DNA of 64,000 nt from Podarcis vaucheri (Eukaryota), in assembly GCA_965113315.1 (NCBI GenBank), contig OZ220372.1; one strand, written 5' to 3'. Numbering within the stretch: position 1 is the first letter of the stretch; each line of letters opens with the position of its first letter. The position numbers were made by a program, and so were the translations under genes. The notes beneath the pieces are model-generated. The model searched no databases and was not told the origin of the DNA. It was given only the letters and a program-made list of their open reading frames with translations. Positions 49,733 through 63,100 of this stretch are shown in pieces.

Positions 49733-49888
49733 CATAGAACCATAGAATTGTAGAGTTAGAAGGGACCATGAGGGTCATCTAGTCCAACCCCCTACTATGC
49801 AGGAATCTCAACTAGATCATACATGATAGATAGTCATCTAACCTCTGCTTAAAAAAACTCCAAGAAAGGAGAGTCCACCACCTCTCAT
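49733..49888 (-). mobile_element. CR1 3'-end fragment
   Basis: Reverse complement reads GTGGTGGACTCTCC..CAGAGGTTAGATG..GATTCCTGCA..GGTTGGACTAGATGACCC..(ATTCTATG)n. Confidence 0.85.
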
Positions 49889-52848
49889 AACGATGATAAA
49901 AACCACCATCGTCAGCACCACCGTAACTAGACTCTGCCAAAATCGAGTTTTGTCATCTCCCCACAAGAAACTTATAGAACCAGGAGGCCTAGTCTGGAAA
50001 TGTGGTCTATCAATCTTAGCTTACATAGCAAATGCAAAATGAATTTTGGGTAATGAAAGTGCATTGGGTGATGCAGGAACCAAGATTTTAAAAGTCAGTG
50101 AATCTCGACTCCTGTCCCCAAATTTTCAGGGGCTTAATATTAATGTGACATTTCAAAACAGACTGCATAATGACCAAGTTCACATTTGCACTAGCATATA
50201 AATTTTAACAACTGCTTCTGTTTTGATCTGTTCCATGTTTCTAGCAACAGGACTATAAAATTCAGAGCAGGAAGACAACAGGCATAGAACATGATACAAG
50301 ATTTTGTTAAGTGTTAGGGCCCTGGCAAAACTGTATTGCACTGCAATGACCCCACTGCAATTATGTGCCTGTTTCCAGAGCACATAAAAAGGGGACTGTT
50401 GGCAGGATATGTAGTTACTGGAGTATTTTTACCATTCCAGGAAGAAGCAATAATTAGTTCAAGTTTAAGACGTTCATAACACAACGATGGTTAGCAAGAA
50501 ATGAGGTTAGTTTTAGAAACAAACTGGATAAATAGTCCTGTTAATGTTCATTTGATAAAGGTAAGTTTAACTGTTGATAACTGGAGTTAAATACTTATAG
50601 TTAGGATCACATTTCTATAATAGGGTAACATGATTGTTTAAGATGGCTTAGTCTGTAGGTTGATCTTTTTATATTATAATATATGGCTATTTTTGTGTGT
50701 GTTAAAAAAATAATTTCATAATATATTAATTGATTTTAGATGTCAACACAGTAGACACTTATATCTTACTCAGGCTCCGTTACCACAACAAACATATACC
50801 AAATAACCCAGTTATGATTTACATAAATCTTTCAATACTGAATAGTGTAGTTGATTCCAAAAGACATTTATGGTTTAAAAGTGTTACACACTTAATGGGA
50901 AGGGCATAGCTCACTGGTAGAACATATGCTGTGCTTGCTGAAGATTCCAGTTTTAATCTACATGTCCAGTTAAAAGGACCACTGTAACAGATTTCTGAAA
51001 GTCCCAATAACTTGGGAGAGATCCTGATAGTTTGAGTGGGCAACATTGGCCCAATCTGATTAGTTGTAAGACAGATTTATATGTGTCTTATACCAGTGAC
51101 TACCGTAGGTTTTGCACTCTGGGCAAGTTACAACAGCAACCATCCTATCAGGGTTGTTGCAAAGGCAAACTGAGAAGACAGTATTTAGTAGTTTTATATG
51201 AAAAAGTATTCAGTATACAGCCTCACTATCCATCCAGCCATCCACCACCAAAGGAAGTTAAATAATTGGCACATTTACTATTAAAGTCAAGCAGATACAG
51301 TACCACTATTACACCAGTATTGCATACAGATGCGTCACTTAAAAGTTCTATTATCCTGCTGCATTATTTTATGGGTAAATGTGCTAATATGGCGGTTTAA
51401 AAAATCTGGTTGTAAGATGTAAACATCCTTAAATAGACAAGTGTTTTATTCCTCAACAGTTTTATGTTTTGGAAGCATTTGGCGATGAGCAGTACGCAGA
51501 TCAACCAAAAGGAGCTGTTTTTCATAAGTGTGCAGCCCGCTTAGCTGTTTTGTGAAAGCTGACCGAAGATTTATTTATTTCAATCCTTGACCGAGCCAAC
51601 TTCTTGGTAGAAGGAATGCCAGGGACAGAGATAACATCACTCCTCTGACGTGTCCTTTGGCTTTTTCCCTTGTATAGAATGTTCCTAAAATAATCTCCAT
51701 TTTCTGTGACTTTTTAAAAAATTAAGCAAACTGACAGCTATTTGTCTGAACACCACCCCCACCCATAAAGTCAACCATCATTCCCCATTGCAATTTTGAC
51801 AAAACAAATCAGGGACTGACTGGGTTGTTGCCTCCTTTGCGATGGTTCTGCAGTGAGGGTAGGAAGCTACTCAGCAACTACTGTTTCTGTGAGGTGCGTG
51901 GATTAGGATGGGCAGAAAGTCTGAACATACATTAGAATTTATACTACACTTTATGCTGGCTGAAGCTGACGGGCGTTGTAGACCAAAATAGCTGGAAAGT
52001 GCCAGGTTAGGGAAGTTGGTGTTAGAGGCCTCATGTACTTTGTCCAGGATCTTAAGGGCTGAGCAGCTAATTTTGTCAGTACTAAGTAGACTTTAAACTT
52101 GTTCGTAAATGGCAGTAGAATGTGAAACACAATAAACTGCTTTTGAGAATAAGAAGGGGGGGTTTCAAAAGCAATTTGCAATCTACCCCCCCCCAAATTA
52201 GCAGTTGAAAAAAACCAATGAAGTCTACATGGTTTTCTACAGTGTAGGAAGAGGAATACTGGATAATTTGCTGTAGATCAGCAAGAGCTTATGACTCCCA
52301 GTTGTTCAATAACCACAGCAAAAAGTTTCCCACCCCACAAAGGCGGCAATTAGAATCCCTGACCTGTACTCAGAAGTATACTGTCAATTGCATATGCAAA
52401 TTACCCCAGTGTCTGGGGTGGGTAAGTAGGTAATTGGCTCTGCCATTTTGTTTCTAGCTCTGCCCTTCAGTGATTATTTTGTGCCTGGCTCCAGTTGACA
52501 GAACTCAGCATTTCAGGTTTTGTTTTTTTAAGTAGATCTCATAAGACTTCCCATGCTCGGTTGAAGTGTTTCTTTCTTTTAACCCTAGCCATTCTCTTTC
52601 TAATCCTTACAACAAATCTATAATATATGCCAGTGTTATCTATATATTGTAGACATGGAGGTGGGGTAGGGGCTAGATCTGAGAAGGTAGCGGCTTGCAT
52701 GGTGGAACCAGGGACATTCTTTTTCACAGCTCAATCTTTTAGCCATTATACTTGGAATCTGGGAATACATTATAGTCTGGGAATCAGAAGTAGAAATCAG
52801 CATTTAGTATCTGACGTGGAAGCCACTGAGAGAAAACAAGCCGTCAGA

Positions 52849-52854
<6 letters not shown>

Positions 52855-52899
<45 letters not shown>
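52855..52899. repeat. (ATA)15 microsatellite
   Basis: Read directly. Confidence 0.97.
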
Positions 52900-54324
52900 T
52901 AGAGAAACTAACCACAGAACTGCAAAGTGAACAGGTCAAACTGCATCTTTGCAGCTTCAGACCAGGCCACTGTGTTTGATAGAAGATTGGTCACAAGAAA
53001 GCAAGAAAAACTATTAAGAGAATTCTTAAATGAATTTTCTTAGATCTTTTCCCATATCAGACCTACCAGGGCTTTTAAAAAAAGGATCATTTTGTACCGT
53101 GCTGAGCAAAACTATACACAAACACAATTAGTTTGCATATATTGCCTTCTTTTGAATTATTTGTTTTGTTTGTGCTGCTGGGTGCAGGAACGGAAGCCCC
53201 ACAATACTGACCACAGGGCATCCTGCTCAGTCCCACCTCTGGAATCCAATATTTTGCAAGCACTGCTCTTTTCCCATATACTTCAAAGCCCAAAAGGTTC
53301 TGCTGGAAGTAAATTGTCAGGATGTTCAGTTCTGTGCTAAACAATTCTGGTATTGACTACTTTCCACCCATTGGGACGGGGACAAATACTTTGGGTTAGA
53401 GGGAACTTCCATATTTTTCCTTGGTGATCCATTGTTTGGCTGTAATCATCAATTAACAGTATGATTGTTTCCCCATTCCTTTCTCTCAAAACACCTCCGT
53501 AACTGGCTAGCATTTTTCAGTTTCTACCATGGCTGACAAGGACTACAGCTCAGTGATAAAGCACATGCTTCACATGCAGATGGTTCCAGGGTCAATCTCT
53601 GGTATCCTCAGTTAAAGGATCAGAAAGCAGGTGAGATGGGAAAGTTTTTTGCCTGTGACCATGAAGAGATGCTGTCAGAGGAGACAGTGCTAAGCAAAAG
53701 GGACCAATGATCTGGCAAAATCATAACCTGATAAACTCTGGTCAAGTTATGTTGCTTTCAAATCATTGGCTTCAACAAGTGTCCAATCTAATGCATTCAA
53801 TCAGGGCAGCTGCCAAATAAAACTATCAATGGCTGCATTTACATCAGAAGCATTATAGAAGCTTCCAATCCCTTGATTAATTAGAATACATAAGGCATTC
53901 TTTTTTTAAAAAAGGTCAATAGATGTCAGGAATACATTGTGCTTTTTAAACACATAGCAGCTAAGTAAATATCAGTGTGCACAATTCTATTCTGTAAGGT
54001 TGCCAGAGGCATCCAGAAAATATTGAATTCCATAAAAATCAACAAAGCTTTGTTGAGAAAGGTCACCTTCATCTTGTGATTTCAAAAAACAGCCAAATCC
54101 CAACGAAGGGACAATACCAAGAGATAGCTCTTGGAACTCTGACCAGCCCACCATCTCTTCTCCAGTCATTCTCTCCTCCCCCCCCCGCCCCGGACCACAC
54201 CTGTAACTCATTTAATTTTCTTGGATGTTTTTACCTGGTTGGTATGTTAAACTCTCATGATTCATTTGCCTGGATGGAGAAGAGTGTTTGATGTGTGTAA
54301 AACTACACTATTGTGCCAAGTTAT

Positions 54325-54780
54325 TGTTGTTTATTTATACCCCGCCTATCTGGCTGGGTTTCCCCAGCCACTCTGGGCAGCTGCCAACAGATTAAAAACA
54401 GAATAAAATATCACACATTAAAAACTTCCCTAAACAGGGCTGCCTTCAGATGTCTTCTAAAAGTTAGGTAGTTGTTTATTTCCTTGACATCTGGTGGGAG
54501 GGCATTCCACAGGGTGGGCGCCACCACCAAAAAGGCCCTCTGCCTGGTTCCCTGTAACCTCACATCTCGCAGTGAAGGAATCGCCAGAAGGCCCTCAGCG
54601 TCCAGTCAGAACGATGGGGGTGGAGACGCTCCTTCAGGTATACTGGGCTGAGGCTGTTTAGGGCTTGAAAGATCAACACCACACCAACACTTTGAATTGT
54701 GCTCGGAAACGTACTGGGAGCCAATGTAGGTCTTTCAGGTTTCGGCAGCCACTTCCAGTCACCAGTCTAGCTGCCTAGCC
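54325..54780 (-). mobile_element. L2-type LINE 3' fragment
   Basis: TTATTTATACCCCGCCTATCTGGCTGGG tail, plus GGGAGGGCATTCCACAG and GGGAGCCAATGTAG (reverse of the LHWLP motif) typical of L2 ORF2 ends. A short related tail follows the AAT repeat at 6514-6540. Confidence 0.78.
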
Positions 54781-56713
54781 TAGTTAAAATTATTCTGTCC
54801 ATTTTTGCTTCTGATTCCACCGGTCACTGGCATATAACTTGCAGAAGGTTGACTAGAAGGATAAGTAACACTTGGGCTGAAAAATGTCCCCCAACCCCTA
54901 GTGTACACAAACACCACTTTTATTTTCAGGTACCCACAGAATCATCCAGGAGCAAGATTGTCAGAACATGTGAGATGCCATGTTCTTATTTGGGTTTTCT
55001 TGAAGCCTATCTGTGTAGTGCAGGGAAGGAGAACTTGTGGCCTCCAGATCTCGTTGTACCACAACTCACATTAGCCCCAGTGGTAAGGGATAGTGGAAGG
55101 TGTAATCTAACATCATTTGGAGAGCCACAAGTTTTCCATTCTTGGTAAAGGGGCTACTGGCAGCGGCCCTATCCCACTGTGCCCCTGTGATTGGGAATTC
55201 TGATGGCACAGGGTTCCTGATCACAATGAGGAACAAGCACATTTAGTTGAATACACTTACAATTCTCCTGAAATTCTTCTTCCCGCTCAGTGTAAGTAGG
55301 TGTGTGTGGAGGGGGAAGCACACACATCACCACATGGATAGATTTTAGGAACATCTGAAGAGGGTCTATGTGCAGCACTGCTTTGCTATATCATCATCCT
55401 GTCTTTGACTACTATAAAGTCCCCTATTTGCTAGGGCTAGGCTGATGTCAGGCTTGCATTATATATTTTGTATTTTTATTTGAACCCCAGGATCCACAAG
55501 CCTCGTGTGAAATATATACACTAAAATAAAATAATACTGTAATAAAAATGTTGAACCCAGGAATTTGTTTTGAACTGGACTGAGTCCAGAAGATGGTGTA
55601 TAGGCAATACGTGCAAAATAACATCCAAATGACATAATAAGTTCTTATTTCAGACTACCATTTGTATAGAAGGTGATAAATAATTTATGTTAACTGGAAG
55701 GTTTTATAATGCGAGGGGAGACATGTACATAACAAAGCTGTACCATTCAGTTGCAAATGAGTCTTTGAGCTTCAAACCTTGTGCAATTTTATTTTGTTAG
55801 TCAGTTTTTCCAGTATCTCATTATTATGAGTCTGTCTGCTATGCTAGTAAAAGAGAACTTATTAGAGGTTTGAGCTGTAAGTTAATATTTTCTGCCATGA
55901 AAAGACTGAGCTGCATAGACTCTGGACATTTAGAGATGTTTTCTCCAGTAATTGCTTTTATTTTGGCAAATACTTCCTAATAACATAAAATGATAGTGAT
56001 GATGATAGAATTGGACTGAGTCATAAGTCGTTCCACCCAAAAGTATCCCCACTTCTGAAACACAGTTCCTTCATTTCACCAGTATAATTTAGCAGGGGGT
56101 AGCATTTTTGTTGCTGAAGTAAGATCGAATTGAAATTACCCAGAGATCTACCAGTAGGATAATTCTGCCCACTGCTGTGCTAGAAGACAGCAATTGTATT
56201 ATTCATCCTGGCTCCGGTGTGGCTATACACCTCTCTGGCCCCTGCAGACCAACCTTTGCAGAATGAGAGGCCATGCTCAACAGAAGAAAATGGATGCCCC
56301 TGGTTTACATTATAACTTTTCCCAGATGGAAAAAGGTGTGTCAAAAGCCTCACCTTCTGGCGCCCTCGCCGTCTGAAGGGCATTCAGCAGTTGTAATACT
56401 AATAGCATAGCCCTATGTACGTCTACTCAGAAGTAAGTTCCACTGAGTTAAATCTGGCTTATTCCCAGTTAAATGTATGTAGGATTGCAGAGTCAATTAG
56501 TTACTTTAAGCAGAGTTTGAAATCTAGTGTCTGTACCTTTAAATTGATGAGTTGAGTTTCTAGACACCAGATTTTTAAAAAAATATCCAGGAACTTGGCA
56601 ACCTTTACATTCTGCCCCATCTTATCCTATCTGTTCCTTGTCTCCCCAAAAACAGTTTAGCACAAGGCCTGTTTACAAAGCATGGGAGAAGTACTAGAGA
56701 ATGAATGTCACCG

Positions 56714-56726
56714 GTTGCCTAGCAAC
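56714..56726. promoter_or_regulatory. RFX X-box motif GTTGCCTAGCAAC
   Basis: Exact match to the consensus GTNRCC(N0-3)RGYAAC in apparently unique intronic sequence. Motif only, no functional evidence. Confidence 0.5.
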
Positions 56727-57928
56727 CACCCTATGCTGGTTCCGCTCTCTCCCTCTGGCCTAGTCCCAGGCTCCAGCCTTTTAGCCTCAGTAGAATATGA
56801 GAAGTGGAAGCCATTAGCACTGTTTTGCTGTTTTTATGTTTGCATCCGTTTTTTATGATGCTGCTTTATTGTGGCTCTGAGTTTTTTTAAAATATTAAAA
56901 GAGTTTAAAGTAAATGTACTGCACCATAATGCATATCTATATCCTTAAGACTGTGTGTGTGTTACTCTATTAACTACAGTACCTATATGACTGTTCACAC
57001 ACATATTTGTGACAAACTAGAAACACGGGGAAGTTGCTATATTCTGGATACAATACAAACTTTATCTATGGCTGTTTCTTCATTGTTTGAATTCACTGTA
57101 TTAATTCATTTTGCTGTATTAATTCATAGGATGTATTTTTGATACCGGCGCAGGTTATCAAAACAGCCTTGTCTATAGGAGGAATGTGGACTCCAAAACT
57201 AACTTAACTGGCTCCATAATTGTTTCTGGGCCCAATTCCAAGTGCTGATAAACCTTACATAAACCCAATTCCAAGTGCATTTGAAACCTTACATGACCTG
57301 GGGTGGAAGATGCCTTAAGAACTGCCTTTGCACATATGAAACCTACTTTCTCACTTAGGTCTTCAGCTGAGTCCCAAGCTCTGTCCTGCTGTCTTTTCAG
57401 AGAGGCCATAGGCTCAGCCATAGCTCTGGCATACAGAAGGTTACGGGTTCAATCCCTGGCATTTATATGTAAGACTGGGAAAGACCCCCATCCACAACCA
57501 TACAGTAGCATTGCCAGAAAATTCTGAGCCAGATGAAGCTAAGAATGGTCTGACTCAGTGAGTTCTTCTCAGGTTAGATGGGTGTGTATGAAGGGGAGGG
57601 CTACTGAAGTCAGGCTTTGGAATTCTCTTTGCCAGGATGTTCGTTTGGCCCCCTGACTCTTGATCTCTTGCTATTCTGTAAAAACTTTTATTTCAGGGGG
57701 TTTGCAGATGAAGTAAAGGTTACTTGCGGCTGATACGTGCTTTGCTCATGCTGCTGATTTTATTTCTCTTCTTTTTGTATGTTTTATGGCAGGTTTTGGG
57801 TTGCATTTTTTTTAGGTGAAGCTGATATTTCTGGCAAGATGTTTTGAAATGTCGAAGCAGGAGAAGTATGTTATAAACATAAAACCATTGCCTCATGGTG
57901 GGGTGCATCTTGATTTGAATGTATAGAG

Positions 57929-58179
57929 CATGGGTAGGCAAACTAAGGCCCGGGGGCCGGATCCGGCCCAATCACCTTCTAAATCTGGCCCGTGGACGGT
58001 CTGGGAATCAGCGTGTTTTTATATGAGTAGAATGTGTCCTTTTATTTAAAATGCATCTCTGGGTTATTTGTGGGGCATAGGAATTCGTTCGTTTTCCCCG
58101 CAAAAGATATAGTCTAGCCCCCCACAAGGTCTGAGGGACAGTGGACCGGCCCCCTGCTGAAAAAGTTTGCTGATCCCTG
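57929..58179. mobile_element. hAT (Charlie-like) non-autonomous element
   Basis: Perfect 8-bp TSD GTATAGAG (57921-57928 and 58180-58187). Ends CATGGGTAGGCAAAC / GTTTGCTGATCCCTG. Confidence 0.92.
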
Positions 58180-58539
58180 GTATAGAGCTCCTTGCACACT
58201 TTTCTGCAGAAGAGCACATTAAAGAAGTGAGAAAGTAGTGCTTGCTTGTATTTCAAATTTTATGGTGGCAGCAAGGGATGCAGCTGCAAGGAAAAGGTTT
58301 ATGTGCCACAGTGTGAAGGGCCTTCCCTATAGTTTGTGATGTATCCATCTTAATACCTGCAGATCTTTCCCCTTTATGTGTTTAGATGGTTACCCCAGAG
58401 CTTCTGTTTGGATTACTAGGCTTTTTATGACAGAAAAGGGAGAGGAAGGAGGAGACAAGGAAGGATTGTAGAAAAAGTTAATTTTTATTCATAGAAGTTT
58501 GTGTGTTTCAAATCTTGCCTCAGGCACTCTCATGAACAA

Positions 58540-58781
58540 GAAGAGTTTGGATTTGATATCCCGCTTTATCACTACCCGAAGGAGTCTCAAAGCGGCTAAT
58601 ATTCTCCTTTTCCTTCCTCCCCACAACAAACACTCTGTGAGGTGAGTGGGGCTGAGAGACTCCAAAGAAGTGTGACTAGCCCAAGGTCACCCAGCAGCTG
58701 CATGTGGAGGAGCGGGGAAGCGAACCCAGTTCCCCAGATTACGAGTCTATCGCTCTTAACCACTACACCACACTGGCTCTC
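58540..58781 (-). mobile_element. Squam3-like tRNA-derived SINE
   Basis: Minus-strand head GAGAGCCAGTGTGGTGTAGTGGTTAAGAGCG...GGTTCGCTTCCCC, core GGGTGACCTTGGGCTAGTCAC and (TCT)-like tail. Confidence 0.8.
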
Positions 58782-59624
58782 CAGTGTGGAGAGTGAAGCT
58801 ATAAAAGCTGACAATACTAAATAAAAGGGGATTCCATATATTTCTAATAGCACTGATGGTTCATCATGCAAGTTTAATTTTTCAAATTAGCAACTTAAAG
58901 CATGCCTAATACAAACTTATTTCCATACTGGCTCAAGTTGAATTGGGAAGCACCATAGCTCAGTGGTAGAGAACATGCTTTGAATTTAGAATTCCTGGCA
59001 TCTCCACTTAAAAACATCAGATGGCAGGTGATGGGCAAGACCTCCCATCAACCGCAGTATACAATACTGGGCTAGATGGACAAATAGTCTTGACCTGGTA
59101 TAAGGCAGATTCTTCTGGTTTTGCAACTGGCCCACACTCAGAATCAGAATCCATGGCTTGGCTTGGGTTTGCAAACTGTGTTTTGTGGTGGGCTTAGCAA
59201 ACTGTGGTTTGGCATGTTGTCTGAATTCACTAACTATAGTTGTGGCTCTATCTTTCGAAGCCCCTGTTCCATGGAGGTGGCTGTAAGCTTATAAAGCTGA
59301 GAGGAAAAGAAATGAAAGCTAGCAAGCTGGACTACTTGCCTATCTTATATAGGGCATGCTGGTTCTTCCTGCCTAAGTGTAGAACCTTACATTGAAATTC
59401 ATTTTGTTAGTTTTGGACCAATTCCCAAGTCTGTTATGTGTGAAACAGACATAACAAGGATGGAGGAAACTGTGGCCCTCCATATGTTACTGGACTCAAG
59501 CTCCTATCATCCTTGACCACAGACCATGCTGAGTGGGGATCATGGAAGAGAGTCCAGCAACATTTGGAGGATCACATTTCCCCCATCTCTGGTATAGGCA
59601 ATACTGAGCCAGATAATCTGGAAG

Positions 59625-59800
59625 AATATTCTGACAGTAAGAGCTGTTTGACAGTGTGGACTCCCCTTCCTTGGAGGTTTTTAAGCACAGGTTGGATGGC
59701 TTTCTGTCATGGATGCTTTAGTTGAGATTCCTGCATTGCAAGGGTTGGACTAGATGACCCTTGGGATCACATCCAACTCTACAATCAATTCTATGATCTG
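59625..59800 (+). mobile_element. CR1 3'-end fragment
   Basis: CTGACAGTAAGAGCTGTT..GGACTCCCCTTCCTTGGAGG..GGTTGGACTAGATGACCCTTGGG..CCAACTCTAC..ATTCTATG. Confidence 0.85.
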
Positions 59801-59833
59801 ATTTATCATAAGGATGCTGTCTATGGTCTAGTT

Positions 59834-60185
59834 CAGGGGTCTGCAACCTGCGGCTCCGGAGCCGCATGTGGCTCTTTTACACATTTGCCGCGGCTCCAGG
59901 GTGGATACTCGCGAGGGGAGGAGGCGCATTGTGCGCCCCGACACTCCCCACTGTGGCAGGCGCTGTACTGGCTGTGATGTCGCATGGGGGCAGTGCGTGC
60001 GTTAGTCACGCACCGTTCCGACGTCACCTTCCCGCCCGCTGTCAGATCAGACATTAAGGTAAGAAACAATATATGCAGTGTTATATTTGTTTTAAATGTC
60101 GCAATGGTTTTGCGGCTCCCTGTTTTTTCTCTCTTCGGAAACAGGTCCAAGTGGCTCTTTTTGTCTTAAAGGTTGCAGACCCCTG
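59834..60185. mobile_element. hAT (Charlie-like) non-autonomous element
   Basis: Perfect 16-bp TIR CAGGGGTCTGCAACCT / AGGTTGCAGACCCCTG and perfect 8-bp TSD GTCTAGTT. Confidence 0.94.
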
Positions 60186-63100
60186 GTCTAGTTGGATACA
60201 GACAATTTTAAGCAACATGCTGAGTATCTTTAATATGATTGCAGATGCAAAGGAGATAACATACCACATTCTACTATATACACAATGGAGGTACACACTG
60301 TCAATGTTTATCATGAAGCTCAGCAAGTCTAGTGCTAAGTGCATAGTATTTAATCAAGCCGATTTGTTAGCTGAATATTCAGATGAAGCGAAGGAAGAAA
60401 GTATCTGGCTTTATTGCTGGCTTCTGTAGCACTTGGCAAAGCAATGCTATTTATTCAAGGTGCAAACTACTTTACCATCCAGGACCAGAGGTGTTTTAGG
60501 CGTTCAGTGTTCTCAAGGCCTCCCACGTGCCTTTTATTGCTATTACTTTCAATGACAAGGAGTGCATGACAAAGAGAAAATATTTTCAGTGTTCATTTAA
60601 TTAGTTTGCAAATTTGCAAAGAAAAAGTAGGACTTTGGAATTCTCCCACTGTCTCGAGAGTGAGCTGAACCAATAATATTTTAAAGAAACCCCTTCCAAA
60701 GCTGACCACTGCCAAAACCAGTTCATTCCTGAACTTTGGCAGCTTTGCCATGTTTGAGAAATAGAAAGAGTTGCCACTGTGATAAAATTATTATCTGTTT
60801 TGCAGAATAAAGGTGGGACAACAGATTCAGTACAGAAGCAACATTAGAAATATATCACAAACAAGAGAGCTACACATCATTCTCACTGATCAGGTATTAA
60901 CAAAACACAGTGGATGCATATTTATTTCTGTGGGGTATTCTTAAAGTTGAAAATCAACCCCTGGAAATTTTTTTGATATGGATTTAACAGTTTGGGTTCT
61001 CTTCCACTTGTCTCCATGTTCCAGCGCTTTAGTAGTATGAAGGGAGGGCTTGTGCACTGGAAGGATTGTGTATTTGTGTACATGTGCATGCACAAACATT
61101 GCTGTGTACTTTGTGCACAAATCCACACTTGGCTTGCATGAAAAACCCCAGTTTTAGAGGAACAGCTCATTAGGTATCAATAGTGGAGGACAAGTTTGGC
61201 TCCCTTAGTGCAGTGCTTTGCTTCTCTCAATAGAAGTGAATGGTTCTTACATACTTATTTAGAATTAAGGGGGTTCACTCAGGGAACACTGAGGAAGAGG
61301 TTAAATCTGCTCCACACCTTTGATGGAGTTCAGGGTTAGCCAACACAGTGTTTTCCTGATATTGTTAAGACTCCAACCCCCATTAGCCCCAGTCAGCATG
61401 GCCACTGGTCAAAAATACTGTGAGTCGTAGTACAACAAAATCTGGATCGTACCACGTTTGCTATCGTTGCTCCATTTATTTAGAATCAAGATTGTCCCTT
61501 TCTGTATAGTTACATACTAGGTTCTGTTTCTCAGTATGAGGGCTAGAGCATGAGCAGCTATCACTACCTTCTCCTGTAAGAAACTTGGTGAGCTTGTGAG
61601 GTAATAGGATGTTCATAAACATTCTAATTGTTTAGAAGAATGTTGTTAGCAACAATGAGAACATTAGCAGCAATGCACTTTAGCAGAAAAGAGAGAGATA
61701 GTTACCATAGGAAAAAAAACCTATCAATCTTGGGCCTTGATGACAGGAAAATACATGTGTTGTTGGCAGCAGAAATGGACAGGCGAGGGACCTAAAGACA
61801 TGATATTGGGAAGCAGGGTGCAAGGAGTCGAAGAGAACAGGGACAGAGGATGAATTTTATATATTGACTTGAAATCACTGGACAAATTTTTGGCTGCTGG
61901 TCAAAGTTCTCATTTTTCCTCTAAGAAGAACCAATGTATTACTTTAAGGCATCTTATTGCCTCGGGACTCCATGCATACTATAGAACCATAAACTGGAAA
62001 TGCAAGCTCTGAATTATGTTAAGCAAATCCTTGTCCTGCCAAATCTTACTCTAAAGTATATTTTTCTTAGCACTAGCCAACACTTAATTTCAATCTAATG
62101 GACCAACTGCAGAAACTCCATCTCCAGGAAGTCTTCATCCCCCACCTCTTTAGGCTTGAATCAAAGGAGATAAACAATGGAGTAGAAAAGAAAAACTCAG
62201 AAACTTTTGAAACCTCAGAAAGATTGTTTGGAATTTATTCCCTTTTTAACGTGAAGAGGTAACATTTGCACAAAAACGTATTGTTTTCACAGCAACAAGA
62301 GTTCCAAAGTTACAGAATTTGAACACAAATGCACACTCTGCACCACCACAGTAAGGGCAAGAAAACCAAAATAAAAAAAGGGTACAACATCTCAAGTTTG
62401 AGATGTGAGGCTTTTCAGAGCACATTTCCCATTCTTCCCTGAGCCACAGCTTAAATCTCAAGCAGGGGATGTTTCCCCCCCCCCTCAGATTTTGCATTTC
62501 AAAATAGGGGGCATTTAAGCAGACCCCAGTATAATTGCTGGGAGGGAAAAAACAAAACCCATTTCTTAAGAGATTTAAGGTATTTTTCGCTGACACACAA
62601 GTAATATTGCATTCTGTTTAAGAAAATACTCAGAATAACTCACATCATCCCTCAAGAAATGCATATATATATATACACAAATAACAATACAAGTCACTAT
62701 GATCTACAGGGTTTGAGAAGGGATGAAAAGACAAAAGAAAAGAATTTCATCTCTCCAAGGAAAAAAGTGTTCTCAACAGGATTTTATGGTGGATCCCCAA
62801 CAACTGTATCAATTTTACATTTCATTTCTTCCCTGTAGCTATTCAAAAGTGAGGTTCACTTTGAAAGCACATAACACTGCATTTTCCTATGTGCATCATT
62901 TTCCCTTGATACACCATGTCCAGACTCCTCATTTTGCTGCCTGCTCATGTGCCCTGTGGTTGGACACATTCTTCCCTCCACATCAATCCCACCATAAAAA
63001 CCTAGTAAGAACACTGAAGGGGGATGCAACGGGGTCTAGGAACAGTCTCTCAAGAAAGCTTCCAAGCTAAGCTCTGGAAGGCTATTTTTCACAGGGTAGG

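Noticed and set aside
56350-56375. CTCF-like GC motif
   Set aside because: Several mismatches to the core consensus.
57720-57971. Lys-rich 83-aa minus ORF ending at a GTAACC donor-like site
   Set aside because: Starts inside a hAT MITE, reflects T-rich sequence, and its phase (2) does not match the main acceptor at 48434.
50900-59115. tRNA-like sequences (ATAGCTCAGTGGTAGAG...)
   Set aside because: SINE heads with degenerate stems followed by SINE bodies, not tRNA genes.
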